A DNA stretch of 63,721 bases, filler included, from Aduncisulcus paluster (GCA_024181965.1; 11 parts of 11 records of this genome joined end to end with filler, not necessarily neighbours in it); one strand, 5' to 3'. Numbered from the whole stretch's first letter, positions 50,108-60,636 are shown. Program-made: numbers and translations. The notes: generated by a model not told the origin, from the letters alone.

Positions 50108-52540
50108 TTACTTTTTTTTCTTTCTCTTTCGAATCACAGTTTTTCTTGGAGTAGATTTTTCAACCACAATCTTTTTCTTCTCCTTTTTCTCCTTTTTCTC
50201 CCTTTTCTCCTTTTTCTCACCATTTTCTTTCTTCTTTTTCACCCTTCTTATCTTTCTCTTCACTTCTTCTTTCTTTTTCACTTCAATTTCAATGAGTGGT
50301 GAATATTTCTTTGGAGAATATTTCTTTGGAGATTCCTGAGAGATTTGAGAGATTTGAGATTCTTGAGTCTTTGGATTTGGAAGCGATGGCGTTCCTTCAA
50401 TCTCAGTGATATCCATAGAAGGAACAACAATTGTTTTCATTCCTTTCTTTTTCTTTGCAATTTTCTTCTTCTTTTTGACAGAAAGGATAGACTCATGTTT
50501 CTCAGAAAAGGAAAATGATGAAGAACCACCGCTCTTTGAACGTTTTAATTTCTTCTCCAACTCTGAGGATTTTCCTTTGACCTTCTTCTTTCTTCTCACC
50601 CTTTTAACAATTTTAGGTTCCTTTTTCACGATCAATTGTTCCTCTTCTAGTTGCTGTGATACTGACGACTCCATTGAGAAATGCTCGGAATCAGACATTG
50701 AAAAATGATGCGAAGATGTATATTCTTCAGACAGGGATTTGTGAATCGTTCCGTCAGATGTGGAATGAGAAGAATTGTGACGTTTTGAGTGATGATCATG
50801 TTTCGAAGAATGATGTTTCGAACGCTCTTCTTTCTTCGATTGTTTTGAATGACGTTTGGTCTTTTTCTTCTTCTTTTTGCTTTCATCAGACAACGATAAA
50901 GGTTCCAAGACTTCTTTCATTCGCAACACCTTTCCTTTCCCTTTCCCTTTCTTGATCCTTCTCCTTCTGCGTTCAATTCTGACAGTCCCAACCTTCGAAG
51001 TCTCATCCATTTCTTCCCCACCTTCTCCTTTCTCAAGATCATCAAGAATCATCAATCGAGGAGATTCAGCGGCTGAACCATCAATCTCGGTGAAGACTTT
51101 TGGGATAACTGGTATTACTTGCTCTCCATCAACATGCTCATGAACATCCAAATCACTACATTCCATTGGGTCACCATGCGGATATCTATCCTGAGTCTTT
51201 TGGGAGATCTCAGAGTTAATATCATTTTCCGTAGCTTCTTTCTTCTCAACTTCTTCATTTTGATGCCTCTTCTTCTTTCTTTGCGAAAGAACACACAAAA
51301 GAATAACCCCAATTATCAGAAGTAAGGAAATGCCAATGATGAGATATATAAAATTAAACCCATTGTTTGCTGGATCATCAATGATTTCAGTCGAACAATG
51401 TACTCCTTGCCATCCGTCAGCACATTTACATGAGTAATACAGAAATAGGGGCAGGAAAGAAGAGGTTGGAGATTCATCAGAGGCAAGACAAGTCCCATGT
51501 TTGGAACACACAGATGTTGCATCATCGATATCAAAAGATTCCTTACTCACTCCACACATGTCAACAGAGCAAGACGATGAAGGTTCTGAAGAATCATCCA
51601 CATCATTACCCCATCCATACTCACATTGACACATGGCCGTGAGACTATCTTCTCCTTCACCAAGAACACATGTGCCATGACTATCCGTGGTTGTTCCACA
51701 GGTCAAGCAAGCTGTGTCATTTCCAGCAATGTCCTTGTATTCAGGATGAGTCGCAGGATCAATGCATGTGGATGTGGATGCATCAGTGATGAGACCATAT
51801 GAGGAACAGTCACACCAATATGTGTCAGTGTCTGATGAATAGATTCCATAGTCTGAATATGATGAAGATGGATCTGAAGAGTAATTAACTCCACAAATGT
51901 ATTCAATTAGAATTGTATCTGATGATTCAGATGTGACAGGATATTGGGAAAAACAGGATAAACCATACCAACCATCAGTACATTCACAAATATGGGTATT
52001 TATGTTACAATACCCTTGAGTTGAAGAACCACAGACATATGCCGTATCAGAACTCGAATTAAAGTCAAAATTGGTCGAAGATAATGGACATTCATCAAGA
52101 CACTCATCGCCATACCACCCTTCAACACATCCACTCTCGATAGAAACGGATCCCTCGGACTCATTGTAGACACCGATGCACTGAGTGTTGGGGTTGGATT
52201 CAACGCCAGACAAGCACGTTAAGGAAGAAGTGTCAACTTCAGATCCAAAGTTCACACATGTTAACGGTTCCCCAGACCCAGACCCAGACCCAGAGTTGGA
52301 GTAATCACGATAGCTGAAGATAGCACAATCCGTATGGTACTCGCCACTCCACACCTCTTTGCACACAACATTAGAAGAAGGATCGACAGAAGGAGTTGAA
52401 CCGGAACAATACCCACAATAAGCATCATCTTGGTCAATCGCAGTGGAAATTGGCTCATTGCCAGTCGTGATTGTGATGCTGTCAGAAAGAGTGAAGAATG
52501 GCTTAAATATCTCATCCGTCACTCCACAGAGCTTGTTCTG
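50108..52540 (-). CDS. Cys-rich EGF-like type I membrane (surface) protein with Lys-rich cytoplasmic tail, 5'-truncated
   Basis: CECTDGWYGLSC, CQCEYGWG and CSKHGTC...CKCADGWQGVHC are EGF-like motifs; TM FIYLIIGISLLLIIGVILLCVL followed by RKKKR; frame is open to the scaffold edge. Confidence 0.9.
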   Translation of the reverse strand, partial: QNKLCGVTDEIFKPFFTLSDSITITTGNEPISTAIDQDDAYCGYCSGSTPSVDPSSNVVCKEVWSGEYHTDCAIFSYRDYSNSGSGSGSGEPLTCVNFGSEVDTSSLTCLSGVESNPNTQCIGVYNESEGSVSIESGCVEGWYGDECLDECPLSSTNFDFNSSSDTAYVCGSSTQGYCNINTHICECTDGWYGLSCFSQYPVTSESSDTILIEYICGVNYSSDPSSSYSDYGIYSSDTDTYWCDCSSYGLITDASTSTCIDPATHPEYKDIAGNDTACLTCGTTTDSHGTCVLGEGEDSLTAMCQCEYGWGNDVDDSSEPSSSCSVDMCGVSKESFDIDDATSVCSKHGTCLASDESPTSSFLPLFLYYSCKCADGWQGVHCSTEIIDDPANNGFNFIYLIIGISLLLIIGVILLCVLSQRKKKRHQNEEVEKKEATENDINSEISQKTQDRYPHGDPMECSDLDVHEHVDGEQVIPVIPKVFTEIDGSAAESPRLMILDDLEKGEGGEEMDETSKVGTVRIERRRRRIKKGKGKGKVLRMKEVLEPLSLSDESKKKKKKTKRHSKQSKKEERSKHHSSKHDHHSKRHNSSHSTSDGTIHKSLSEEYTSSHHFSMSDSEHFSMESSVSQQLEEEQLIVKKEPKIVKRVRRKKKVKGKSSELEKKLKRSKSGGSSSFSFSEKHESILSVKKKKKIAKKKKGMKTIVVPSMDITEIEGTPSLPNPKTQESQISQISQESPKKYSPKKYSPLIEIEVKKKEEVKRKIRRVKKKKENGEKKEKREKKEKKEKKKIVVEKSTPRKTVIRKRKKKK

Positions 52541-52644
52541 AGNNNNNNNNNNNNNNNNNNNNNNNNNNNNNNNNNNNNNNNNNNNNTTAATTAATTAANN
52601 NNNNNNNNNNNNNNNNNNNNNNNNNNNNNNNNNNNNNNNNNNAA

Positions 52645-55600
52645 CTCCTGTTTGATTTCCGCGTCCTTCTACTAGACCTCCAAATATTGAATTGTATTGC
52701 AAAAAACACACATTTTCCTATTCATATTAGTCAATATGAAAAGAATCCATCCGATTTTGTCCAATCTTTGCGAAACCATTTCGAAATTTCTCTTAATGTT
52801 CCTCACATCCGTCATTTTCTTTTTCAAAACCCAATTTTTGGCACCACACTTAGTGATATCCATGACATTTTACGTTTTTCCTCTCTCTTCGAGAAGATTG
52901 TAAATGATCTTCGTTCAATTAAAGGGATTAGACTTGTTCCTTGGCCTTCCAATGACGATTGCAAGGCCTTTTTCAAACTATTTAGGCCCCATTTATTCTA
53001 TATTCTTCAATATGAGAAATTTGGGCGTCATTTTCTCTCTGTTTCGGTTCCCAAGTCAAGCGTCAATCCCATTATGGAATGTAAGAGAAGAGTTTGTTGG
53101 GATACGCCGACAACCGAGAAAGAATCCGATGGAATATCTTGTCAATTTCCCCCTTTAGATGTACCAATGCCACTATCACGTCCCCTTTTCGCTGTTGATT
53201 ATAGCCCATTTCACAATCCAGCACAGAATAGACCAGTTGATCAATCATTTCTTCCCCGTGGTCCATTTTCTGCTGCAACCAGTGAAGATCCTTACACATC
53301 TTCTTTCTCAACCTTTAGACCCTCAAAGGAATATGAAGCAACCCAAACTTATAAATCGAGAAGAATTCCGACCCCCATCCCACCTGAAGCATCTAGGGTG
53401 TTAAGTCAGGCCATTTCAAGGCCTTCACCAGCTGAGTATATGGCTTCAAACCCTTTCCAGTCGTCTATTCCTTCTATTAACCATTCTTATGTGCTTGAGA
53501 GTGTATCGGAACAACCAAATCTCGAGGAAGAAGGAGAAGAAGAAGAAGAAGAAGAAGAAGAAGGAGAGAAAGAGATGAGAGATGTGTTATGTTCTCCAAC
53601 TACAATGTCAAATGACAACTTATCTCCAAATTCCTATGTGCTTCATGATGCTCCATGTTGCCATGCCATGGAAAAAGATCAAGAGGATTCCTTTAGTGAA
53701 TCAGAGTCTTCAAGTTCATTCATTTTCACCTCAGCCACTTCTCTCTTCTCAGCCAGCTCTCCTTCTCTTCCCGAAATTTCCACCACAACTCCAAGTGTTC
53801 CTCTCCCATCAACTTCCTCTTTTCCTTTACGAGACCGTCTTATCTCAAATCATCCCCCATATCACCTTTCTACTCATCACTCTTCTTCTATATACGGTGG
53901 AAAACGGGCTATTTTGGGTCCCAGTACAAAATGGTCCATTGCGGATAGCCATTATACTGGGGGTAACTCTGGTTGTGATACTTCAACTCACTCGATGCCT
54001 CATTATGATAATAAGCCAAAGACTACCAATTCCATTGATCTTTTTGCTCCTACCCCGACCTATGAGCCCTCCTCAACCTGTTCAACCCCCAATTCTTCCC
54101 CTCCCTTCTGCTGTTCTCATGCCCCACCTCATCCTTCATCTATGCGTCCCCCGTGCTTCTCCCCCCCTATGTCTCTTGTTCGTCCAAAGGGTATTCCAGT
54201 TGTCCAGATCAACAGTCATGCTTCCATTGAATTGAGCAGTCATGCTTCCATGAGGGAGAAGGAATCATTTGCATCTGTGGAAGAACATGAGAGAGAAGAG
54301 GAAGTAGAAAAAGAAGAGGAAGAAGAAAAGATGGAGATAAGAGATGATGGAACAACTTGCACACAGCAGGAAGAAGATTGTCTTCTCTCATCTCCCTCAT
54401 GCATGTACTGTGTGTTTGATGATGATGGAAGTGATGCTGAGGGTGAGTCTCTCTCGCTGTGTTGTGCCGATGTTTTCGATCATTTACAACCTTATAAGGA
54501 GTATAAGAACTTTGATGAGAATGGACACCTATCCAAGATATACTCTGTTAACCGGGAACAGAAAGAGAGTGAATCTGTTGAAGCAAGAGACAAGGATCAT
54601 TTTTGTGAAGATTCTTCACAACTCCTCCCTGGAAATGAAATTGAAGATGGGGAAAAGAAGATCGATATCTACAGACATAAAGATACCTCTTGCTCTTCAA
54701 ACCACAATGGCACATCTACAATTACATATGGTTCCAGTTCATCTATTCTGTTTCCATCCATATCTTCTGTTGTTCCTCATGGACCTCCTCATGCACCCTC
54801 ATCAAGTTTGCTCCCAAAGTTCGTGTCGTACGCCTCCAATACGTCTTGTTCCCATTCGTATGAGTCNNNNNNNNNNNNNNNNNNNNCACAACTCCTCCCT
54901 GGAAATGAAATTGAAGATGGGGAAAAGAAGATCGATATCTACAGACATAAAGATACCTCTTGCTCTTCAAACCACAATGGCACATCTACAATTACATATG
55001 GTTCCAGTTCATCTATTCTGTTTCCATCCATATCTTCTGTTGTTCCTCATGGACCTCCTCATGCACCCTCATCAAGTTTGCTCCCAAAGTTCGTGTCGTA
55101 CGCCTCCAATACGTCTTGTTCCCATTCGTATGAGTCAGCTTCTCGATCAGACTCCTCTCAAATAGCCCCCGAATCAACTGAACCAGAGCTTATCTCTTCC
55201 CTGCCATCGCTAGGACCTGATCTCACGACCTCTTATTCCTTTGCCGACGATATCTCCAGTGATTGTACCGAGATAAAGACAGTTGAAGAAAAGGCCCATG
55301 CTCTTCATTCTCCTCCACAATCCCAAACACAAGAATGTGCCACTTCTGGTGACGATATTAACCCTACCTGTGGTACTCTCCCTCTTACTTTAACTGAGGA
55401 TTCCAAGGAAAGTATAGATTCCATTTCAATTGAGGATTCTCCTGTTTCTCGTAAAGATGCCCGGACACTGTCGTTTGATACAATTTCCAGGAGTTTGTCT
55501 TGGTCATATCGCGAGCTTCCCTGTGATGTTTCCCCATCTCCACATTCCTTAACTTCCAGACGGACTCATAGTGATCAATTGAAGCCTGATCATCACCATA

Positions 55601-56154
55601 CAACTATGAAGAAACACACACTATCTCACGATTCCTCTTCTGTTCACCACCATCATCATCGACACAAGAAGAGTAGTTCTCACAAACACCATCATTCGAG
55701 ATCATCACATCACACGAAGAAAGGAGTCGAGGACAATTGGCAAGGAAAAAGGAGAGGGCGTGCAGATTCATTGGGATGTATACACCCTTCATCTCCACTG
55801 TATGCACATCAGCATGCTCACTCAAGACAACATCTACATAAACGGTCGAACATCCATTCATTGTCCCATCACAGATCTTCTCACCATTCCCACTCTTCTT
55901 CAGAACGAAAACAACAGAAATTGAAGGCTACCAAGCCCCGGATGAATATTCTTATCCACGATCCCTTCATGATTTCTGTCCGTGAAGAGGATCAGGTTGT
56001 TCCCCACCATGTTGATCAGTCCTTTTCCTATGTCGCTGGACCATTCAGTGCATCCCCATTCTTCATTGACCCTCCCTCAATTCACGTTGGATGTTCTGAA
56101 CCATCATACTCAAGACCAGCAAAGATTAAACCTAAAGCGAAAAAGCTATTCTAA
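52645..56154 (+). CDS. Large low-complexity (Ser/Pro/Glu/His-rich) hypothetical protein, 5'-truncated
   Basis: Frame is open from the scaffold edge to TAA at 56154; includes an artefactual 250-bp gap duplication. Confidence 0.8.
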   Translation, partial: LLFDFRVLLLDLQILNCIAKNTHFPIHISQYEKNPSDFVQSLRNHFEISLNVPHIRHFLFQNPIFGTTLSDIHDILRFSSLFEKIVNDLRSIKGIRLVPWPSNDDCKAFFKLFRPHLFYILQYEKFGRHFLSVSVPKSSVNPIMECKRRVCWDTPTTEKESDGISCQFPPLDVPMPLSRPLFAVDYSPFHNPAQNRPVDQSFLPRGPFSAATSEDPYTSSFSTFRPSKEYEATQTYKSRRIPTPIPPEASRVLSQAISRPSPAEYMASNPFQSSIPSINHSYVLESVSEQPNLEEEGEEEEEEEEEGEKEMRDVLCSPTTMSNDNLSPNSYVLHDAPCCHAMEKDQEDSFSESESSSSFIFTSATSLFSASSPSLPEISTTTPSVPLPSTSSFPLRDRLISNHPPYHLSTHHSSSIYGGKRAILGPSTKWSIADSHYTGGNSGCDTSTHSMPHYDNKPKTTNSIDLFAPTPTYEPSSTCSTPNSSPPFCCSHAPPHPSSMRPPCFSPPMSLVRPKGIPVVQINSHASIELSSHASMREKESFASVEEHEREEEVEKEEEEEKMEIRDDGTTCTQQEEDCLLSSPSCMYCVFDDDGSDAEGESLSLCCADVFDHLQPYKEYKNFDENGHLSKIYSVNREQKESESVEARDKDHFCEDSSQLLPGNEIEDGEKKIDIYRHKDTSCSSNHNGTSTITYGSSSSILFPSISSVVPHGPPHAPSSSLLPKFVSYASNTSCSHSYEXXXXXXXXQLLPGNEIEDGEKKIDIYRHKDTSCSSNHNGTSTITYGSSSSILFPSISSVVPHGPPHAPSSSLLPKFVSYASNTSCSHSYESASRSDSSQIAPESTEPELISSLPSLGPDLTTSYSFADDISSDCTEIKTVEEKAHALHSPPQSQTQECATSGDDINPTCGTLPLTLTEDSKESIDSISIEDSPVSRKDARTLSFDTISRSLSWSYRELPCDVSPSPHSLTSRRTHSDQLKPDHHHTTMKKHTLSHDSSSVHHHHHRHKKSSSHKHHHSRSSHHTKKGVEDNWQGKRRGRADSLGCIHPSSPLYAHQHAHSRQHLHKRSNIHSLSHHRSSHHSHSSSERKQQKLKATKPRMNILIHDPFMISVREEDQVVPHHVDQSFSYVAGPFSASPFFIDPPSIHVGCSEPSYSRPAKIKPKAKKLF
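54617..55136. repeat. Gap-flanking duplication (250 bp)
   Basis: 54617..54866 matches 54887..55136 around 20 N. Confidence 0.9.
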
Positions 56155-56546
56155 TTAGATCAAAATATTGATAGAATATTTTGTTATTTACGTTTTTTTT
56201 TTTTTTTTTAATTTGTGATGGTTGTTATTGTTTATTTATCAATTTTCCTACTTCCTATTTGTATAAGTTGCTTGGTTTATGGTTGTTATAATATTCTATT
56301 CTGCTCTATTTATTCGGGATCAATTGAAATGGTTTGCCTTTCTCTTTAACATGAAAGGGCTTTTACAGACTCTGTAGTCGGACTAAAAATCTGTTTTGAA
56401 AACTACAATAAAAATTTTCAAATTCTATTTATTTTCCCCTTACTTAGTGAAACAATCGTGATCCATCTATTAATTAGTTGTTTTCCATTGAAAATGTCTC
56501 CAGATGATTAATTTTTTGTTTTGCCACATCACAGGCATTTTCCTGT

Positions 56547-57666
56547 ATGGGAAATACGCAAAGTATTGCCCCTCACGTTAAAGAATCGATTAAAGAGGAA
56601 TTTCTTCAACTTAACCCACTAGGTAAATATTTAGTATGTTTCAAGTCATTTATTGCTTTGAAGTTTTAGATCTTCTCTTTATTTTTAATTAAACTTTGTT
56701 TAAAACTTATAATATTTTAATCTTGTTGTATTTTATATTATTTTTTACAAGCATTTCAATGATATAATACGTGCGAAGCCATTTGAGGCTTACCCAATTG
56801 ATTTAACACATATTGCCATTTTATTTTGTCTAGATTCTGATAAAGATGGAAGATTTGAACTACATGATTTCTACAATCTTGCTTTATTCACCGCTATCGT
56901 TGAAAAAGAAATTGGTCCTTCTGTTTCCAATGTTGAAGCTGTTTGTACCCTTCACCTTATCAAAGAAACCATTTTAAACAGGGATATATTTATTGAATGG
57001 TTTACGAAACTTGTTCTTCACGTTGCCTCCCCAACACATGGTCAGTTCCCTACCATCACTTCTTTTGGCTCTGATGGTCCTCAAAAAATATCTGTGATTC
57101 CAATAGCCACCATGTTGATTGTGTATCATGCGCTTCACATTTTGGATAGGACAGGAGTTGACTTTCGTCATTTCTTCTCTGTTCTTCAACAAACTGGAAA
57201 ACAACTTGATGTAATTCCCAAGGATGATCCCCAATTCGATCGTTCCATCGCTGTTCTTGTCTTTAAAATGTTTGCTCAAAGTATCATTAATGGATTTACT
57301 GAGCTCGCAAGACGAACTGGACTTGTGGTTGATTCCAGCACTATCCTTCCTGCCTTCCCAACTGTATATCGCCCCGAGGATGACAATCCCCCCGAGGATG
57401 ACAATCCCCCCGAAGAGCAATATGTCGAAACATCTCACGCCATCCCTTCCTCGATTTCAGCCGCATCTACCCCTGGGGCTGCTAGTTCTCCCGTTCTATC
57501 TTTCTCAATTCCAATTATAGAACGAGGGGAAGAAGTCTCTGACAGTAGCATAAGAGGTGAGAGTAGTGTTGCAGGTGTTGAAACTGGTGGATTTTCCCTT
57601 CCTTCCCTCTCTCTTCACCTTGCTCTCTCTGGATTAGAAAGAGGAGAGAAAATTGATGACGACTAA
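56547..57666 (+). CDS. N-myristoylated EF-hand protein (333 aa); intron 56634..56751
   Basis: Exon 1 MGNTQSIAPHVKESIKEEFLQLNPLGKYL, then GTATGT...ACAAG, then HFNDII...LDSDKDGRFELHD (EF-hand loop); in frame with ORF 57094..57666. Confidence 0.85.
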
Positions 57667-57862
57667 ATGTTTAAAGTTTCTATATATTTTCTTGAAGCTT
57701 GATGAGTTTTTTTTATAGTTTTTATGAATCTTCAAAGTAGATATGAAACAAAGAAAGTATAGTACGTTATAATATAGTATATTATACTGTGAATTTTCTC
57801 TAATCTTTGGATTCCCCAACATATTGAATATTAACAATGAGAAAATAAGTTCCATTTATTTT

Positions 57863-58576
57863 TTATTCAGCCTTTTTATTTTGAAACGCCTTGAGAAGTT
57901 CCCTTGGAGGTTTTGAAAAATCAGCTTTGCCTCTGGTAATCAGACATGCCCAAGCTACAGTTAAGGCAGGTGGATATTTAGACGGTAGAGACTCACATAA
58001 TAAACTTGCAGCTTCAAGAACTCGTGATATTTCTCGACTTCTACGTTTTTTCGAATCATATTCTTTCTGCATTCTGATTCTTCTATCTTCAAAATCTCTC
58101 TTTCTTATTTCTTCGTCAATGGGACAATCTACTTTTAATCCAATTCCAATGCAGCGTGAAGGTGAATATTTTTCAAAATATTGAACCCATTCCTCATCAT
58201 TCGTAACTTTGCAACTCTCTTCTCGGCTGATGCGAAAATATATATGTATATCTTTTTCAATAAATTCAGGATGAATAATTTGACCAACCAAAGGCATTAT
58301 CTTTGATTTTAAAAAAGCTATAGCCTCTAATCTGGTTGAAGATGAGGTAAATGGAGGAATTTGAGCTACAGGTTTTCTAATACCCATAATTTTAACTGGA
58401 ATATGCTTTAATGCGAGATGAGAGGAAGGAGGTTGTCTATATGGCGAACTAATCTGAGATAAATCAAATGATTTTTTTTCTTTTCCATCTTCAGAAAATA
58501 CATCACCATCACCATAGCTATCCTCTGTACTGAATTCAGAACATACTGGATCAATTGGATCTGGAATTAATGACAT
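57863..58576 (-). CDS. Hypothetical protein (237 aa), weak PB1/ubiquitin-like pattern
   Basis: Complete ORF; IHIYFRISREESCKVTNDEEW loosely resembles the PB1 OPCA region. Confidence 0.7.
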   Translation of the reverse strand: MSLIPDPIDPVCSEFSTEDSYGDGDVFSEDGKEKKSFDLSQISSPYRQPPSSHLALKHIPVKIMGIRKPVAQIPPFTSSSTRLEAIAFLKSKIMPLVGQIIHPEFIEKDIHIYFRISREESCKVTNDEEWVQYFEKYSPSRCIGIGLKVDCPIDEEIRKRDFEDRRIRMQKEYDSKKRRSREISRVLEAASLLCESLPSKYPPALTVAWACLITRGKADFSKPPRELLKAFQNKKAE

Positions 58577-58750
58577 TGTAAAATGTCAATATTCATACAA
58601 ATCCAGTGATTTATGATTTTGATTTTGTTCCGGATGATGAAGAAGGGTATATTCAAAAAAATATGGAAAAACCTAGCCCATAATAAATTTGAATAAAAGT
58701 TTATTGTAAAAAATTTATAAATTTGTAAAATATGGACGAAAGAACAATCA

Positions 58751-58776
58751 TGTGTGTGTGTGTGTGTGTGTGTGTG
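58751..58776. repeat. (TG)13 microsatellite
   Basis: Read directly, in the spacer between divergent genes. Confidence 0.95.
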
Positions 58777-58854
58777 ACGTGGACAAATTTTCCATTTCCA
58801 TAATTACTGAATTCTAATTGTTTGGAATAACATTGCGGTTATTTATTAACAAAC

Positions 58855-59197
58855 ATGCTGGAAGTCGAAGAAGTTGCTCAAAAACTGATTGATTATGGAG
58901 TAACGGTCGAAATGCTGAAGGAATGGTTTACAGAGTTGGGATTTACCAACATGGATCACTTGAATATCCTTTTGGGTGATAGTGATTCATGTAGTTCTCA
59001 ATCCCATACTGTTTCTTCGGGAACTGTGAATTTCCCAAAACCTGGGGCGACTCTGTGCAAACAGGTGGCGACAAAAATCACGGGTAGTACCTTAATCCCT
59101 GATACTGAAAGGTCGGACATGGTAGCTGCCTTGCCCAACAATTCACCTCGAAAATTCATTTTGTCGGTCTTTCATGAGATCTGGCGAAAAGAGAATC
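58855..59197 (+). CDS. Hypothetical protein, 3'-truncated
   Basis: ATG after an A-rich leader; open to the linker; N-terminus weakly SAM-like. Confidence 0.6.
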
Positions 59198-59298
59198 NNN
59201 NNNNNNNNNNNNNNNNNNNNNNNNNNNNNNNNNNNNNNNNNTTAATTAATTAANNNNNNNNNNNNNNNNNNNNNNNNNNNNNNNNNNNNNNNNNNNNT

Positions 59299-60471
59299 GC
59301 CCTCACCCTCTCCCCTGACCTTTCTTGTGTCTGTGAGTCATGCTCAATCTCCTCTCTGCTTCCTTGGGTGATTAACCTCACTGGAGAACGTTGCATAGGA
59401 CGTATGATGAGTGCCACTCGCAAGAAAACTCTGCTCAACACCATGGATGAGCTTAAGTTATCTGCTTTGTCATGCAAATCAACAACTCCTGTAGATATTG
59501 ATGCTTGTGTCAAAAAACATTGTTGTCTCGCGTATTCAGCCCCTCATGTAAGACACCCATTCATGGAGAACATGGCCAAGTGCATGGGTGTGTGTTGTTC
59601 TGCAGGAGTGTCCATCAGTGCTTATATCGTCAGTGAGGGAGCTTTGGGAGTCCCTCATTTCATTGCCCCTGTTGATAAGGTTGCTGAAGCACTCGAACGC
59701 TTATCTAAATGCTCTGATTTGGTCAAATCTGCCGTTGCTCTTCAAGAAGTAAGAGAAGAAGAGGCTGCCGAATGGAAGGATCACCTCCGTGGCACCAAGG
59801 CTTCTCAATACGAACTCTTTAATCCCTCTCATGGAACAGAAGAGGAAGCAATGGCTGTTCTCAAGAATATTGAAGATGCTTGCGGATGCTCTGTGAAGGG
59901 AAAGCGTATCATTATCAAACAGAATGTCTGTCATCATCCTCCGAGCAAGCCCACTGTTGTTGGCGATTGCATTCTCATCGAGAGGTTCTCTTGTGGCCAT
60001 GGCGATGTGAGTATGACTGAACAATGCATGTATGTTCGTGCCGTGTGTATGGGAAAGGCCAAGGATATAGTCTTTGTCACTGGCAGTCGACGTATCAAGG
60101 ATATGTGCATATTCGGAAAAGATATTGTGAATGTCAGTGGAGATAATCCTTTAAGAGGGGAAAATGAGGAAGTATTTGGCGTTAGATTCCCTGATATGAG
60201 TCATGTCTATAATGCTGAGCTCAGAAAAGAGATGATGGGTAAGATTGGTGGAAAAGCCATTGAGGGCAATTTATGCGTCACAATCACTCCAGAATATGCT
60301 GTCCAAGATGCCATCAAGGATGCCGTGTGTACGAGTTTCCTTTGTGAGGATATCATTTGTGGTGGTGATCTTCTTGATTCAATTGTTGCTGGGCATTGTG
60401 CTATGAAGTGTGCCACTATTGTTTGTCAAGCTGGTCTTGAAAATGAAATAGTCAAGAAAATAGCTGAATAA
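59299..60471 (+). CDS. Cys-rich hypothetical protein, possibly a highly divergent group II chaperonin (CCT-like), 5'-truncated
   Basis: Open frame from the scaffold edge to TAA. Colinear CCT-like landmarks VRHP, IIIKQ...VVGDCILIERF, CVTI, KDAVC and IICGG; no GDGTT. The CDS is solid, the family call is tentative. Confidence 0.6.
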   Translation, partial: ALTLSPDLSCVCESCSISSLLPWVINLTGERCIGRMMSATRKKTLLNTMDELKLSALSCKSTTPVDIDACVKKHCCLAYSAPHVRHPFMENMAKCMGVCCSAGVSISAYIVSEGALGVPHFIAPVDKVAEALERLSKCSDLVKSAVALQEVREEEAAEWKDHLRGTKASQYELFNPSHGTEEEAMAVLKNIEDACGCSVKGKRIIIKQNVCHHPPSKPTVVGDCILIERFSCGHGDVSMTEQCMYVRAVCMGKAKDIVFVTGSRRIKDMCIFGKDIVNVSGDNPLRGENEEVFGVRFPDMSHVYNAELRKEMMGKIGGKAIEGNLCVTITPEYAVQDAIKDAVCTSFLCEDIICGGDLLDSIVAGHCAMKCATIVCQAGLENEIVKKIAE

Positions 60472-60564
60472 ATCATATTCGATTGAAATTGAGCCTCCGG
60501 CAATGTTCTGTTGTGGTCTGATCACTATACTGTACTACAACAATCTAGTCCAAACTCAAAAATG

Positions 60565-60636
60565 GGGGCGCGCCGGGATTTGAACCCGGGACCTCTTCTA
60601 CCCTAAAGAAGAATCATACCCCTAGACCACGCGCCC
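60565..60636 (-). tRNA. tRNA-Pro (AGG)
   Basis: GGGCGCG/CGCGCCC acceptor stem, TGGTCTAGGGG A-box, CTTCT-TTAGGGT-AGAAG anticodon arm, GGTTCAAATCC B-box; T5 terminator 2 nt downstream. Confidence 0.97.

Noticed and set aside
60563..60565. Genomically encoded CCA on the tRNAs
   Set aside because: After the acceptor stem the sequence is C-C-A. The first C is the discriminator, leaving only CA before the T5 terminator.
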